From an alpha proteobacterium MED-G09 (GTDB lineage: Bacteria; Pseudomonadota; Alphaproteobacteria; MED-G09), in contig CAJIZT010000007.1 of assembly GCA_905182015.1 (NCBI GenBank), positions 147,570 through 211,569 of the forward strand: a DNA stretch of 64,000 nucleotides, given 5' to 3'. The notes below the pieces were generated by a model that was given only the letters and a program-made list of their open reading frames with translations, ran no database searches and had not been told where the DNA came from. This document shows, in pieces, positions 51,485-60,773 of the stretch (within the stretch, counting starts at the first letter, position 1; each line of letters begins with the position of its first letter). The position numbers were made by a program, and so were the translations under genes.

Positions 51485-51847
51485 ATGATAACCTTTTATG
51501 GATTAAAGAACTGTGATACTTGTAACAAGGCAAGGAAATGGTTGAATTTAGATAATATTAATTTTGAATTTTTTGATCTCAGAGAGATGCCTTTATCAAA
51601 AAAAATAATCACTAAATGGCTGGAAGTTCATTCACTAGAGAAGGTTGTGAATAAACGAAGTACCACGTGGCGTAATCTTGATGAAGAATTAAGGAATAAA
51701 CTTGAAATAAATGCGATTGAAATTATGATTGAATTTCCATCTTTGGTTAAAAGACCATTTTGGGAAATAAAAGGCGTACCCAATAAGATTCTAGAACCTG
51801 GTTTTGGTTCAAGGCATCAAGATTTTATCAAAAATCAATTAGCTTAG
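51485..51847 (+). CDS. ArsC/Spx/YffB-family thioredoxin-fold protein
   Basis: MITFYGLKNCDTCNKARKWL with the catalytic Cys at position about 10. Confidence 0.75.
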   Translation: MITFYGLKNCDTCNKARKWLNLDNINFEFFDLREMPLSKKIITKWLEVHSLEKVVNKRSTTWRNLDEELRNKLEINAIEIMIEFPSLVKRPFWEIKGVPNKILEPGFGSRHQDFIKNQLA

Positions 51848-51854
51848 GTTAAAA

Positions 51855-53633
51855 ATGTTTAAAAAAATATTTAATGAGTATATTTATCTGTCTACATTTG
51901 GAAGAATTTATAAAGCTCTAAAATTACTTGATTCTAAACCAGACCTGACTATTCCTTCACAAATAGCACTCCACGCTGAAAATAATCCAAATTCTGTTGC
52001 AATTTATTTTGAAGGTGATGAGATAACGTTCGGTGATTTAATTAAGAGAGCTAATAAGTATGCTCAATGGTTTGTGGACAATAAGATGCCCAGAGGCGGT
52101 GTTGTAGCTCTAATGATGGAAAACCGACCTGAATTTTTAGCTTGCTGGATTGGTATCACACAAGTGGGTGGAACGGTAGCCCTTATAAACACTAACCTTA
52201 TCGGGCAACCCTTGGATTATTCCCTTAATATTTCGCATGCGAAGCACCTAATTCTAGGTAAGGAGCTATATGATAATTTTTCTTCAACAAGTGACAAATC
52301 TAAGAACGATTTTTCAATCTGGGTGCAGGGGAAGGGCAAGGAGTTAAATCATTATAACGATATAGATCAAGCATTAAAAACTTTACCAGATAAGATGCCT
52401 GAAATTAATTATGAGGTTAATAATACTGATAGCGCACTCTATATATACACATCAGGAACTACTGGAAATCCAAAAGCGGCAACATTATCTCACAAGAGAT
52501 TACGCTTAATGATGCTAGGATTTAAAGGTGCTTCAAGGCCAACAAGAAAAGATAGGATATACAATGTTTTACCTTTATATCATTCTGCTGGTGGCGTTAT
52601 AGCTGCAGGAATATCATTAACATCAGGCGCATCACTGGTGTTGAAGAGAAAATTTTCTGTTAATGATTTTTGGGATGATGTTCATAAATACGATGTTACC
52701 ATCTTTCAGTATATTGGAGAGCTTTGTAGGTATCTCCTTAATGCGCCCAAGCATAAGTATGAAAATAGTCATAATATTCGATTAGCCATAGGGAATGGCC
52801 TCAGGCCAGATATTTGGGAATCCTTCAAGGAGCGCTTTAAAATAAGAAATATTTTAGAATTTTATGGTGCAACTGAAGGTAATATCTCACTTATAAATTA
52901 CGACGGTAAGGTTGGCGCAATCGGAAGAATACCAAGGTATCTTGAAAAGATTCTCAATATTAATATTATTAAATTTGATATTGAAAAAGAAGAACCATTA
53001 AGGGATGAGAATGGGTTTTGTATTCCCTGCGAGAATAATGAAATAGGGGAGGCCATTGGAAAAATTGCCATGCATGGAACCTTTGAGGGGTATGTGGATA
53101 AGGTGGCGTCGAAGAAAAAAATCCTTACAAATGTTTTCGAGGAAGGTGATCAGTATTTCCGATCCGGAGATCTTCTAAGTAAGGATAAGGATGGTTATAT
53201 ATATTTTGCTGACAGAATAGGTGATACATTTCGATGGAAGGGTGAAAATGTTGCAACCTCTGAAGTTGCCGAGGCTTTTGTTGGTTTTGAGGGTGTGCTT
53301 GAGGCAAATGTTTATGGAGTTTATATTCCTGGGAGTGATGGAAAGGCGGGAATGGCAGCACTATCGACAAACAAGGATATTAATTTAATTAAGTTATATG
53401 AAAAACTTTCCTTATCCCTTCCTGCATACGCACAACCCTTAATAATTAGAATTAAAAATGAAATGGAGACTACCGGAACCTTTAAGCACCGTAAGATTGA
53501 ATTGGTTAAGGAGGGATATAGCCCAAAAAATATTTCAGAACCATTATATTTTTGCGACCATCAATCCAAGAAATATATTCCATTAGATAGCAATCTTTTT
53601 GATAGAATTCAGAATCAAGAACTAAAGCTCTAA
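51855..53633 (+). CDS. long-chain acyl-CoA synthetase / FATP-like AMP-binding enzyme
   Basis: AMP-binding YIYTSGTTGNPKA, YGATE and GDTFRWKGENV motifs. Confidence 0.8.
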   Translation: MFKKIFNEYIYLSTFGRIYKALKLLDSKPDLTIPSQIALHAENNPNSVAIYFEGDEITFGDLIKRANKYAQWFVDNKMPRGGVVALMMENRPEFLACWIGITQVGGTVALINTNLIGQPLDYSLNISHAKHLILGKELYDNFSSTSDKSKNDFSIWVQGKGKELNHYNDIDQALKTLPDKMPEINYEVNNTDSALYIYTSGTTGNPKAATLSHKRLRLMMLGFKGASRPTRKDRIYNVLPLYHSAGGVIAAGISLTSGASLVLKRKFSVNDFWDDVHKYDVTIFQYIGELCRYLLNAPKHKYENSHNIRLAIGNGLRPDIWESFKERFKIRNILEFYGATEGNISLINYDGKVGAIGRIPRYLEKILNINIIKFDIEKEEPLRDENGFCIPCENNEIGEAIGKIAMHGTFEGYVDKVASKKKILTNVFEEGDQYFRSGDLLSKDKDGYIYFADRIGDTFRWKGENVATSEVAEAFVGFEGVLEANVYGVYIPGSDGKAGMAALSTNKDINLIKLYEKLSLSLPAYAQPLIIRIKNEMETTGTFKHRKIELVKEGYSPKNISEPLYFCDHQSKKYIPLDSNLFDRIQNQELKL

Positions 53634-53655
53634 AATATATTTTTAAATTCTATAT

Positions 53656-54411
53656 TTAATTTTTTATTAAAAAAAGAATTATTCTTTTCCATCTAAAATA
53701 AGCAAGAATTATAGCCGTAGAAAAACCTGTTAAAAATCCAGTAAAATGTCTCCTGATAATATAATATTTTAAGAATGCCAAAGGAAACTCAGTCAATAAT
53801 CTTAAGAGAAGTATAAGTTTATTGGTTTTTTTTAAAGACGATGCTTGCATTTTTATATAATTATCTTCTTTTTCTATTAAATGCTTAAAAGATCTAACAG
53901 ATTTATGAAAAACTGGATTTTTTAAAGCTATAATTTTTTTAGAACCTGTTTCGACAGAATCGTGAACTTTAGATTCTGAAAATCTTCCAAATTCAATATT
54001 ATATAATCTGACACAAAGATGATGAGCTGATAATAATCTCGGCTTACTCCAGTTTGGATATATAGGTACTACCCTCATTGAATAAAAACTCTCTTCAACA
54101 TTATTTAGAAACAACTCTCTAATTTCATTTTGAAGTTCAGTAGTAAGATACTCATCTGCATCAAGATTAAGCAACCATTTATTTCTAGCACAATTCTCAC
54201 CAAAACGTTTTTGAGGACCAAAACCACGCCATTCATTAAAAAGAACCTTACAGCCCATCTCTTCAGAAATTTTTTGAGTACCATCAGTTGAGCCTGAATC
54301 AATAACAATAATTTCATCTACAAGATCTTTTACGGACTGAATTGTATTATCTATCCTATCAGCCTCATTCTGAGCAATAATAAAGCAACTAATTGGAAGT
54401 TTTTTATTCAT
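53656..54411 (-). CDS. glycosyltransferase family 2
   Basis: CFIIAQNEADRI ... VIDSGSTDGT ... NLDADE (DxD) motifs. Confidence 0.75.
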   Translation of the reverse strand: MNKKLPISCFIIAQNEADRIDNTIQSVKDLVDEIIVIDSGSTDGTQKISEEMGCKVLFNEWRGFGPQKRFGENCARNKWLLNLDADEYLTTELQNEIRELFLNNVEESFYSMRVVPIYPNWSKPRLLSAHHLCVRLYNIEFGRFSESKVHDSVETGSKKIIALKNPVFHKSVRSFKHLIEKEDNYIKMQASSLKKTNKLILLLRLLTEFPLAFLKYYIIRRHFTGFLTGFSTAIILAYFRWKRIILFLIKN

Positions 54412-54505
54412 TTCTAATGCCTAGTAATAATTTTTATAACTTCTTAATAATGGATTATTATTATATAATATAATAGATTTTTTTAGTAAACTTTTGGGGG
54501 AATTG

Positions 54506-56425
54506 ATGAAAATTTTTACTTTTATTTTTTGTTTATTTTTTTCGTCTTTATTAGGCGCGGAAAATGCTGATATAAAACAAGATTATATAATTGATGAGAA
54601 TGCTAAGGTTAGAGAGTCTGCAGACGAGTTAATTGTTCGAGAAATTACAATTGATCCGGAAACGCACCCTGGTAATGCTCTTTATCAAGAAAATTGTGCA
54701 ATTTGTCATGATGGTACTATAGAAAAAGCACCAGCGGCAAATTGGCTAGAAATGCTTATACCTCAGGCTTTATTAAGAACAATAAATGGAGGTATTATGT
54801 CTGAACAAGCCTCTCATTTATCAGAAGAAGAAAAGATTCAAATTGTTGAATATATTGTAAGGCAGGATAGGAAAGATTTTCCTAAAGAAGCAGACCTTAA
54901 TTATTGTGATTCTAGTAATATGAATTTTAACCTAAAAGAGGCCCCCGAGCCCTATGGATGGGGTTATAATACTTCAAGATTCATCCCCAAAAAATCTGGA
55001 GGAATTGACTCCAAAAATATTAAAAAATTAAAATTAAAGTGGGCTTTTGGGTTTCCATATTCTCAGAGAGCTAGGTCCCAACCACTTTTTGCTATGGGTT
55101 CAATTTTTGTTGGAAGTCAATCAGGTGATATTTATGCTCTTGATGTTGAAACAGGGTGTGTAAAATGGAATTTTTCTGCTTCAGGCGAAGTTCGTACGGG
55201 TATTATAATGGATCAGTGGGAGAATGGGAAAAAACCTAATAACAATCCATATATTTATTTTGGTGATATACTTGCTAATGAATATGCTCTAGATGCTCAA
55301 ACAGGCGAATTAATTTGGAAAATAAAATCAGATGACCATCCAAATGCCACCCGAACAGCGACCTCTGCAAAATTTGAGAATATTCTCTTTATACCCATTT
55401 CTGGGCTAGAAGTTATTCCGGCTTTTGACGATGAATATGAGTGCTGTAAATTTAGAGGTGGACTTTTAGCTGTTGAAGCAAGGACAGGAAAAACTTTATG
55501 GAAACAGCATTCAATACCTGTGCCAGCTAAGTATTCTGGAAAAACATCTGTTGGAACAAGAATGTTCGGACCATCTGGAGCTCCAATCTGGACTTCACCT
55601 AATGTGGATAAGAAAAGACGTTACGTATACATTGGAACAGGTGAAAACTATTCGACTCCCGCTGATGACTCCTCAGATGCTATTATTGCTTATAATATTG
55701 ATACAGGAGAAGAGGTTTGGAGAAGGCAAACTTTAGCGGGGGATGCTTGGAATCTTGCTTGCATGGGAAAAGGCCTTGCTAATTGTCCTAAAGAATTTGG
55801 TCCTGATATGGATTATTCTGCAAGTTCAATAATGATTGACCTAGGGGATAGAGACATTCTTGTTGCAGGTCAAAAATCTGGATCTGTTTATGGGTTAGAT
55901 CCAGATACAGGAGAGATTTTATGGTCGACCGTTGTCTCAGGTGGTGGGACTCAAGGTGGTATTCATTTTGGGATGGCGGCTGAAGGAAAAACCGTCTATG
56001 TCCCAATAAATGATATGAAAAATACGTATGATGGAAAAGTTTGGCAAAATCGTAAACCCGGTATGCATTCTTTAGATGCAGAAACCGGTAATATTTTATG
56101 GTCAAATATCACTAATAAAGAATGTAAGGAAATAGACTTTAATTGTGATCCAGGTGTTTCAGCAGCGGTCACAGCTATCCCTGGAGCGGTAATCGTAGGT
56201 CACTTAGATGGTAATATTAGAATTTATGATAAAAAAAATGGAAACATTATTTGGACTTATAATTCTTTAAAGGATTTTGATAGTATATCTGGAACACCTG
56301 CCTCTGGAGGAAGTTTTAGTGGATCAGGCCCGTCAGTTAGAAATGGGCATATGGCAATTAACTCTGGCTATGGTATTTACAACCACATGCCTGGGAATGC
56401 TTTATTATTGTTCTCAGTCGATTAA
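54506..56425 (+). CDS. secreted PQQ-type 8-bladed beta-propeller protein with N-terminal c-type haem (CxxCH) domain
   Basis: Signal peptide MKIFTFIFCLFFSSLLGA and NCAICHDG haem c motif in the first 80 aa. Eight xLDxxTGxxxW blades follow (IYALDVETGCVKW, EYALDAQTGELIWK, LLAVEARTGKTLWK, AYNIDTGEEVWR, VYGLDPDTGEILWS, LDAETGNILWS, IRIYDKKNGNIIWT). A vicinal Cys pair ECCKFRGG occurs where quinoprotein dehydrogenases have their CC disulfide. Confidence 0.65.
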   Translation: MKIFTFIFCLFFSSLLGAENADIKQDYIIDENAKVRESADELIVREITIDPETHPGNALYQENCAICHDGTIEKAPAANWLEMLIPQALLRTINGGIMSEQASHLSEEEKIQIVEYIVRQDRKDFPKEADLNYCDSSNMNFNLKEAPEPYGWGYNTSRFIPKKSGGIDSKNIKKLKLKWAFGFPYSQRARSQPLFAMGSIFVGSQSGDIYALDVETGCVKWNFSASGEVRTGIIMDQWENGKKPNNNPYIYFGDILANEYALDAQTGELIWKIKSDDHPNATRTATSAKFENILFIPISGLEVIPAFDDEYECCKFRGGLLAVEARTGKTLWKQHSIPVPAKYSGKTSVGTRMFGPSGAPIWTSPNVDKKRRYVYIGTGENYSTPADDSSDAIIAYNIDTGEEVWRRQTLAGDAWNLACMGKGLANCPKEFGPDMDYSASSIMIDLGDRDILVAGQKSGSVYGLDPDTGEILWSTVVSGGGTQGGIHFGMAAEGKTVYVPINDMKNTYDGKVWQNRKPGMHSLDAETGNILWSNITNKECKEIDFNCDPGVSAAVTAIPGAVIVGHLDGNIRIYDKKNGNIIWTYNSLKDFDSISGTPASGGSFSGSGPSVRNGHMAINSGYGIYNHMPGNALLLFSVD

Positions 56426-56426
56426 C

Positions 56427-57473
56427 TTACGAAGCAACATTTCCATGTTTTTGAAAAGCTTTTTCAATATCGCTGTATATTTCTTCTGTTAAATTAATCT
56501 CAACAGAAGTTACTGCAAGTTTGAGTTGTTCCATATTAGTCGCACCTATTATATTTGAAGTAACAAATGGTTTTGAGGTTACAAATTGATTTGCCAATTG
56601 AGACGGGTCAATATTATATTTCGTTCCTATATCAAGATAAGCTTGAATTGCATCTTCTGCATAAGGACCTTCATATCTTTGTAATCTATCAAAAAGTTCT
56701 TTTCTAGAACCCTTTGGCAATGCCCCATTTTGATATTTACCTGACAAATATCCTTGGGCTATTGGAGAGTAAGCCAATAAACCAACATCCTCTCTATGAG
56801 AAATTTCTGACCCACCCACTTCAAAAGTTCTATTAAGTAAATTGTAAGCATTTTGAATTGATTGGACTCTAGGTTTAGAAGAATTATTTGAGTGATGAAG
56901 AAATTTCATTGTACCCCAAGGAGTTTCGTTTGATAAACCTATATAACGAATTTTTCCTAATTTAACTAACTCTTCTAAGGATTCTAGAATTATACTAATA
57001 TCATTGGCGGGCTTATCAATGTGTTCGTAATTAATACCCCCACCACCAAATAAATTCATTGGTCGATCTGGCCAATGAAGTTGATAAAGATCAATATAAT
57101 CAACCCCTAACCTGGATAGACTTTTATCAACGGCCTCAAAAATTTGTTCCCTTGATTGTTCAGTTGATATATCGCCATCCCTTAGCCAGTTAAGTGGTGA
57201 TCTTCCTGATACCTTTGTGGCAAGAATAACTTTATCCCTAGACTTTCTTTGTTTAAACCAAGACCCAATAATTTTTTCTGTTGATCCCTGGGTTTCTTTT
57301 TTAGGAGGAACAGCATACATTTCAGCTGTATCAAAGAAATTTATTCCCATATCCATGGCATAATCCATCTGCTGGTGACCCTCGCTTTCTGTATTTTGCT
57401 GCCCCCATGTCATGGTACCCAAACATATTTTACTAACCTCTATATCTGTTTTTCCTAATTTTCTTTTTTCCAT
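56427..57473 (-). CDS. aldo/keto reductase (Tas/AKR family)
   Basis: 348-aa ORF with (alpha/beta)8 AKR motifs (FDTAEMY ... LVATK ... YQLHWPD ... IGLSNE). Confidence 0.85.
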   Translation of the reverse strand: MEKRKLGKTDIEVSKICLGTMTWGQQNTESEGHQQMDYAMDMGINFFDTAEMYAVPPKKETQGSTEKIIGSWFKQRKSRDKVILATKVSGRSPLNWLRDGDISTEQSREQIFEAVDKSLSRLGVDYIDLYQLHWPDRPMNLFGGGGINYEHIDKPANDISIILESLEELVKLGKIRYIGLSNETPWGTMKFLHHSNNSSKPRVQSIQNAYNLLNRTFEVGGSEISHREDVGLLAYSPIAQGYLSGKYQNGALPKGSRKELFDRLQRYEGPYAEDAIQAYLDIGTKYNIDPSQLANQFVTSKPFVTSNIIGATNMEQLKLAVTSVEINLTEEIYSDIEKAFQKHGNVAS

Positions 57474-57509
57474 TCTATCCTCCTTTTATTTATAATTTCT
57501 GTAATTAAA

Positions 57510-58187
57510 TCACCACTCCAGTAAGCCTTCGTTAGTCCTTAACCAGTCTTTTCTCAGCTTATAATCTGGCAAAATATTTTCGACACTTTCCCAGAAATTC
57601 TTTGAATGATTAAAATGAATGAGATGGCATAACTCATGAACAATAACATATTCAATGATTTTTTCTGGCGCCATTATTAACTTCCAGTTGAAAGAAATAT
57701 CTTTCCTATAAGAGCAAGTTCCCCACCTCCCTTTATATGAACGAACTTTAATTTTTTCAGGTTCGACATTTATACTGCTAGCAATAAACATTGTTTTTTC
57801 TGTAAGAATTTGTAAGGCATATTTTCTATAAGTTTTTTCTAATACCGCTTTAACCTTAGATTTATTGTTTATATCTTTTTCTTTCATTACTATTTGAATA
57901 GCAGAATCATCAATATAGTTTTTTTTATTTTTGAGTATGGTAATGTTTAATTTGCACTCTTTTCCCATGAAAAGAAAATTCTCGCTATTTAAAAATTTTT
58001 TTCTTTTTGGAGCTATTATTTTATTTTGAATATCAACTTTCTTTTTTATCCAAGACATTTTTTTTTGAATAAAAGAATCTATTTCAACCTGGGTTATATG
58101 TTGAGGTGCTCGTACATCAATCAAACCATTTTTTATTTGAATGGATATTGTTTTTTTTCTTTTGGTTTTTTTTATTACAATATTCAT
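57510..58187 (-). CDS. YgjP-like (DUF45/M48-related) zinc metallohydrolase
   Basis: C-terminal HELCHLIHFNHSKNFW (HExxH). 225 aa. Confidence 0.7.
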   Translation of the reverse strand: MNIVIKKTKRKKTISIQIKNGLIDVRAPQHITQVEIDSFIQKKMSWIKKKVDIQNKIIAPKRKKFLNSENFLFMGKECKLNITILKNKKNYIDDSAIQIVMKEKDINNKSKVKAVLEKTYRKYALQILTEKTMFIASSINVEPEKIKVRSYKGRWGTCSYRKDISFNWKLIMAPEKIIEYVIVHELCHLIHFNHSKNFWESVENILPDYKLRKDWLRTNEGLLEW

Positions 58188-58279
58188 TAAGTTTTTTTTA
58201 AGATGATTTATTTAAAAATAACAGAATATAATTAATTTATTAAATTCAGATTTGGTTAATTAAGAATACCTTCGAATAA

Positions 58280-58356
58280 TGGTGATCCCGACAAGATTCG
58301 AACTTGTGACCCCCAGATTAGGAATCTGGTGCTCTATCCTGCTGAGCTACGGGACC
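58280..58356 (-). tRNA. tRNA-Arg (anticodon CCU)
   Basis: The reverse complement is GGTCCCG-TA-GCTCAGCAGGATAGAGC-A-CCAGA-UUCCUAA-UCUGG-GGGTC-ACAAGTTCGAATCTTGT-CGGGATC-ACCA. Confidence 0.9.
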
Positions 58357-58424
58357 ATAATTCGAGACTATAAAGATACTTATTAAAATCAAGTCTTAAT
58401 AAATTAAAGGCTAGAGTTGTTTAT

Positions 58425-59498
58425 TTATAAAGGTGCCCAAGCCAAAAGACTAGAATCATTTGGACTAGAGTTTGGAACTAATTTTACATCAGCTTCCTCC
58501 GCCATTGCTTTGTAATCAAGCCATGAAACAACAGCCTCTACCGGAGTCCCTGGACCTGAGTCAAATATTAAAGGACCATAAATATTAGCAGTATAGATTA
58601 GATCTTCTTCTGAAACTCTTTGAGTGGCCTCATGCCTTGCACCAGCAGGCTCATAAAACCAAATCCCAGGCCCATAACCTTCGGGAGGACCAGATCTAAC
58701 TCCTAATGCTCCATTTAGAACAAGAAAATCACTTGCACCTATATGCGTATGGGGCAGGGCAACTCCATTATGCTTAACAATCATTGAAACAAAACCCGTC
58801 TCCTCACTTACCCTTAAAAGTTTTAGCCCAACATCTGGCATACTTGGCATTACCAGCCATGGTATTTCTCTTGTATCTACAAAATGTGGATGTGTTACTT
58901 TTGAGGATATAACAGATCCTGATTCAGAATTTACCAAAGCCTTTGCATTTGAAGAGGCAATAGTTAAAGGCTCTGCAGGACCATTATATGATTCTTCCGA
59001 TTCTCTTTCCCAGCATTCTTTGCTTGAGTTTGGGACAAGGGGAATTTTATTTTTCTTTGCCAATTGAAGAATATCATTGCTTGTTAAAACTGATTGTATA
59101 GCTTGATTATCATCTAAAAAAGCAACTGCACTATAAAAATTAGCTAATACCTCACAATCTTCATCAGCATTTATAGAATTAACTTTGGAATTAGCAGGAA
59201 TAAATCCCCATGTTCCAGGAGCTAGAATACTTTCTTGTTTATCTTGCCTATAGGTTAATTGACCCGACAAAACCATTAGATCCATTCCACCTAAGTAAAT
59301 AGAACTTGGAAAGCTAGAACCTTTATCAAGCTTAAAAATTAAAGAAAACATTCCGCTTTCAGAGCTGGCTCTGACCGGCTTAATTGATAGGCCTTTTACA
59401 TTATCTAGAGATATCCATGGAAGTTTATTGGTATCTAAAGACCCTTCTGCGCCATTAGGATTATAATCTGGATTAAAAGCTTCTTCTGTATTACTCAT
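58425..59498 (-). CDS. bicupin protein (degenerate N-terminal cupin + metal-binding C-terminal cupin)
   Basis: C-terminal half: ALPHTHIGASDF...G (cupin motif 1, H-x-H) and GPGIWFYEPAGARHEATQ (motif 2, P-x-G-x2-H). The N-terminal half has the cupin beta pattern but no HxH. 357 aa. Confidence 0.5.
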   Translation of the reverse strand: MSNTEEAFNPDYNPNGAEGSLDTNKLPWISLDNVKGLSIKPVRASSESGMFSLIFKLDKGSSFPSSIYLGGMDLMVLSGQLTYRQDKQESILAPGTWGFIPANSKVNSINADEDCEVLANFYSAVAFLDDNQAIQSVLTSNDILQLAKKNKIPLVPNSSKECWERESEESYNGPAEPLTIASSNAKALVNSESGSVISSKVTHPHFVDTREIPWLVMPSMPDVGLKLLRVSEETGFVSMIVKHNGVALPHTHIGASDFLVLNGALGVRSGPPEGYGPGIWFYEPAGARHEATQRVSEEDLIYTANIYGPLIFDSGPGTPVEAVVSWLDYKAMAEEADVKLVPNSSPNDSSLLAWAPL

Positions 59499-59567
59499 TG
59501 TATTTCCCCCTCAAGCTTTCATTTTGTAGGAAGTATAGCCTCATAGTCAAGCATAAGTTTATTAATC

Positions 59568-60722
59568 TTAGATTTTGTTTTTTGACAATTTATCGACCCA
59601 TTTATGATAATGTTGCTGTATAGGTTCATTCCTTCCAAATAAAAATTCTTCGTTAGCCTTAGAATTTATACTATCTTGTATTTTAAAATTTATTGGGTAA
59701 TCTTCATCTTCTATAGATACCAAAGCTAATTCAGCAAAATTTTCAGCCTCTTTTATTTCTTCTTTTGTCTTTGGTTCTTTTAAACATAAAATATATTGAC
59801 TAGTAATAGTTCCCTGTAGATCAGAAGTTGGGTAAACTATACTCACTAAGCAATGCTGATTTTGGATTGCTGAGATTGATGAATTAGGAAAAACTGAGTG
59901 GATTAGTCTTAAATGATTCTCTGGATCCCAATCTTTTTCATCAATATCTGAGAGTTCATTAATATTCTTTAACCCAAAGGCAAATCTTTGGTGAGGACCG
60001 AAAGTATCGTGAGCGATAAGATTAACTATAGTATTCTTTCCAACAGTCTCAGGATGAACCATATGATGATGATACCCGTCTAAGTAACCATCCCAGCATA
60101 TTTTCCATCTAGGACCGCTTAGTTTTAAATCTTTAAAAAGATGCCAGTTTTTTAGATCGATATCATCTAGCTCATCATCGAAACCATTCATCCAATCATC
60201 AAGATTATATTTTATATCGGGATTTAGGCAGACCCAAACAAAACCAGACCTTTCCTCACAGAACAATTCAGTTAATTTTATTTTTGATTTATCAATATCT
60301 CCAAATGTTTCTGATTTAAAAATATTAATTAACTGACCTTTATTATCATACATCCACCCATGATAGGTGCAATTGAATTTAGTTTTCTCTCCCGTTCCTT
60401 CAGGACAAACAGGAGCCCCCCTATGCTTACAAATATTAATAAAAGCTCTAACCGCCCCATCCTTATCTCTTGTTATAAGCACAGGAGTATCAATTGCCTT
60501 AGTAGCTTTATAGGAGCCATTTTCTTTGAGCTCGACACTTAAGGCTATTGGTACAGGGTGATCATAGAAAATTTTATTAACTTGTGACCTTATAACATCC
60601 TCATTTGTGTAATCAGATACTGGCTTTACCATTATCTCTTCAGCTTGGTCTGTAGAACCGTTTAGATTATGATTCAATAATCTTCTAGCTATAGCAATTA
60701 ATTTTTCTTTTTGATGCGCCAT
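59568..60722 (-). CDS. Rieske [2Fe-2S] non-haem-iron oxygenase alpha subunit (alpha-only, GbcA/CntA/VanA-like class)
   Basis: Rieske CKHRGAPVC ... CTYHGW and mononuclear Fe site DGYLDGYHHHMVH (D-x2-H-x4-H). No beta subunit or reductase is adjacent. Confidence 0.8.
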   Translation of the reverse strand: MAHQKEKLIAIARRLLNHNLNGSTDQAEEIMVKPVSDYTNEDVIRSQVNKIFYDHPVPIALSVELKENGSYKATKAIDTPVLITRDKDGAVRAFINICKHRGAPVCPEGTGEKTKFNCTYHGWMYDNKGQLINIFKSETFGDIDKSKIKLTELFCEERSGFVWVCLNPDIKYNLDDWMNGFDDELDDIDLKNWHLFKDLKLSGPRWKICWDGYLDGYHHHMVHPETVGKNTIVNLIAHDTFGPHQRFAFGLKNINELSDIDEKDWDPENHLRLIHSVFPNSSISAIQNQHCLVSIVYPTSDLQGTITSQYILCLKEPKTKEEIKEAENFAELALVSIEDEDYPINFKIQDSINSKANEEFLFGRNEPIQQHYHKWVDKLSKNKI

Positions 60723-60773
60723 ACTTAATAACCTAGAGATAATTTTTTTACTGTTGAATTATAATTGATAAAT

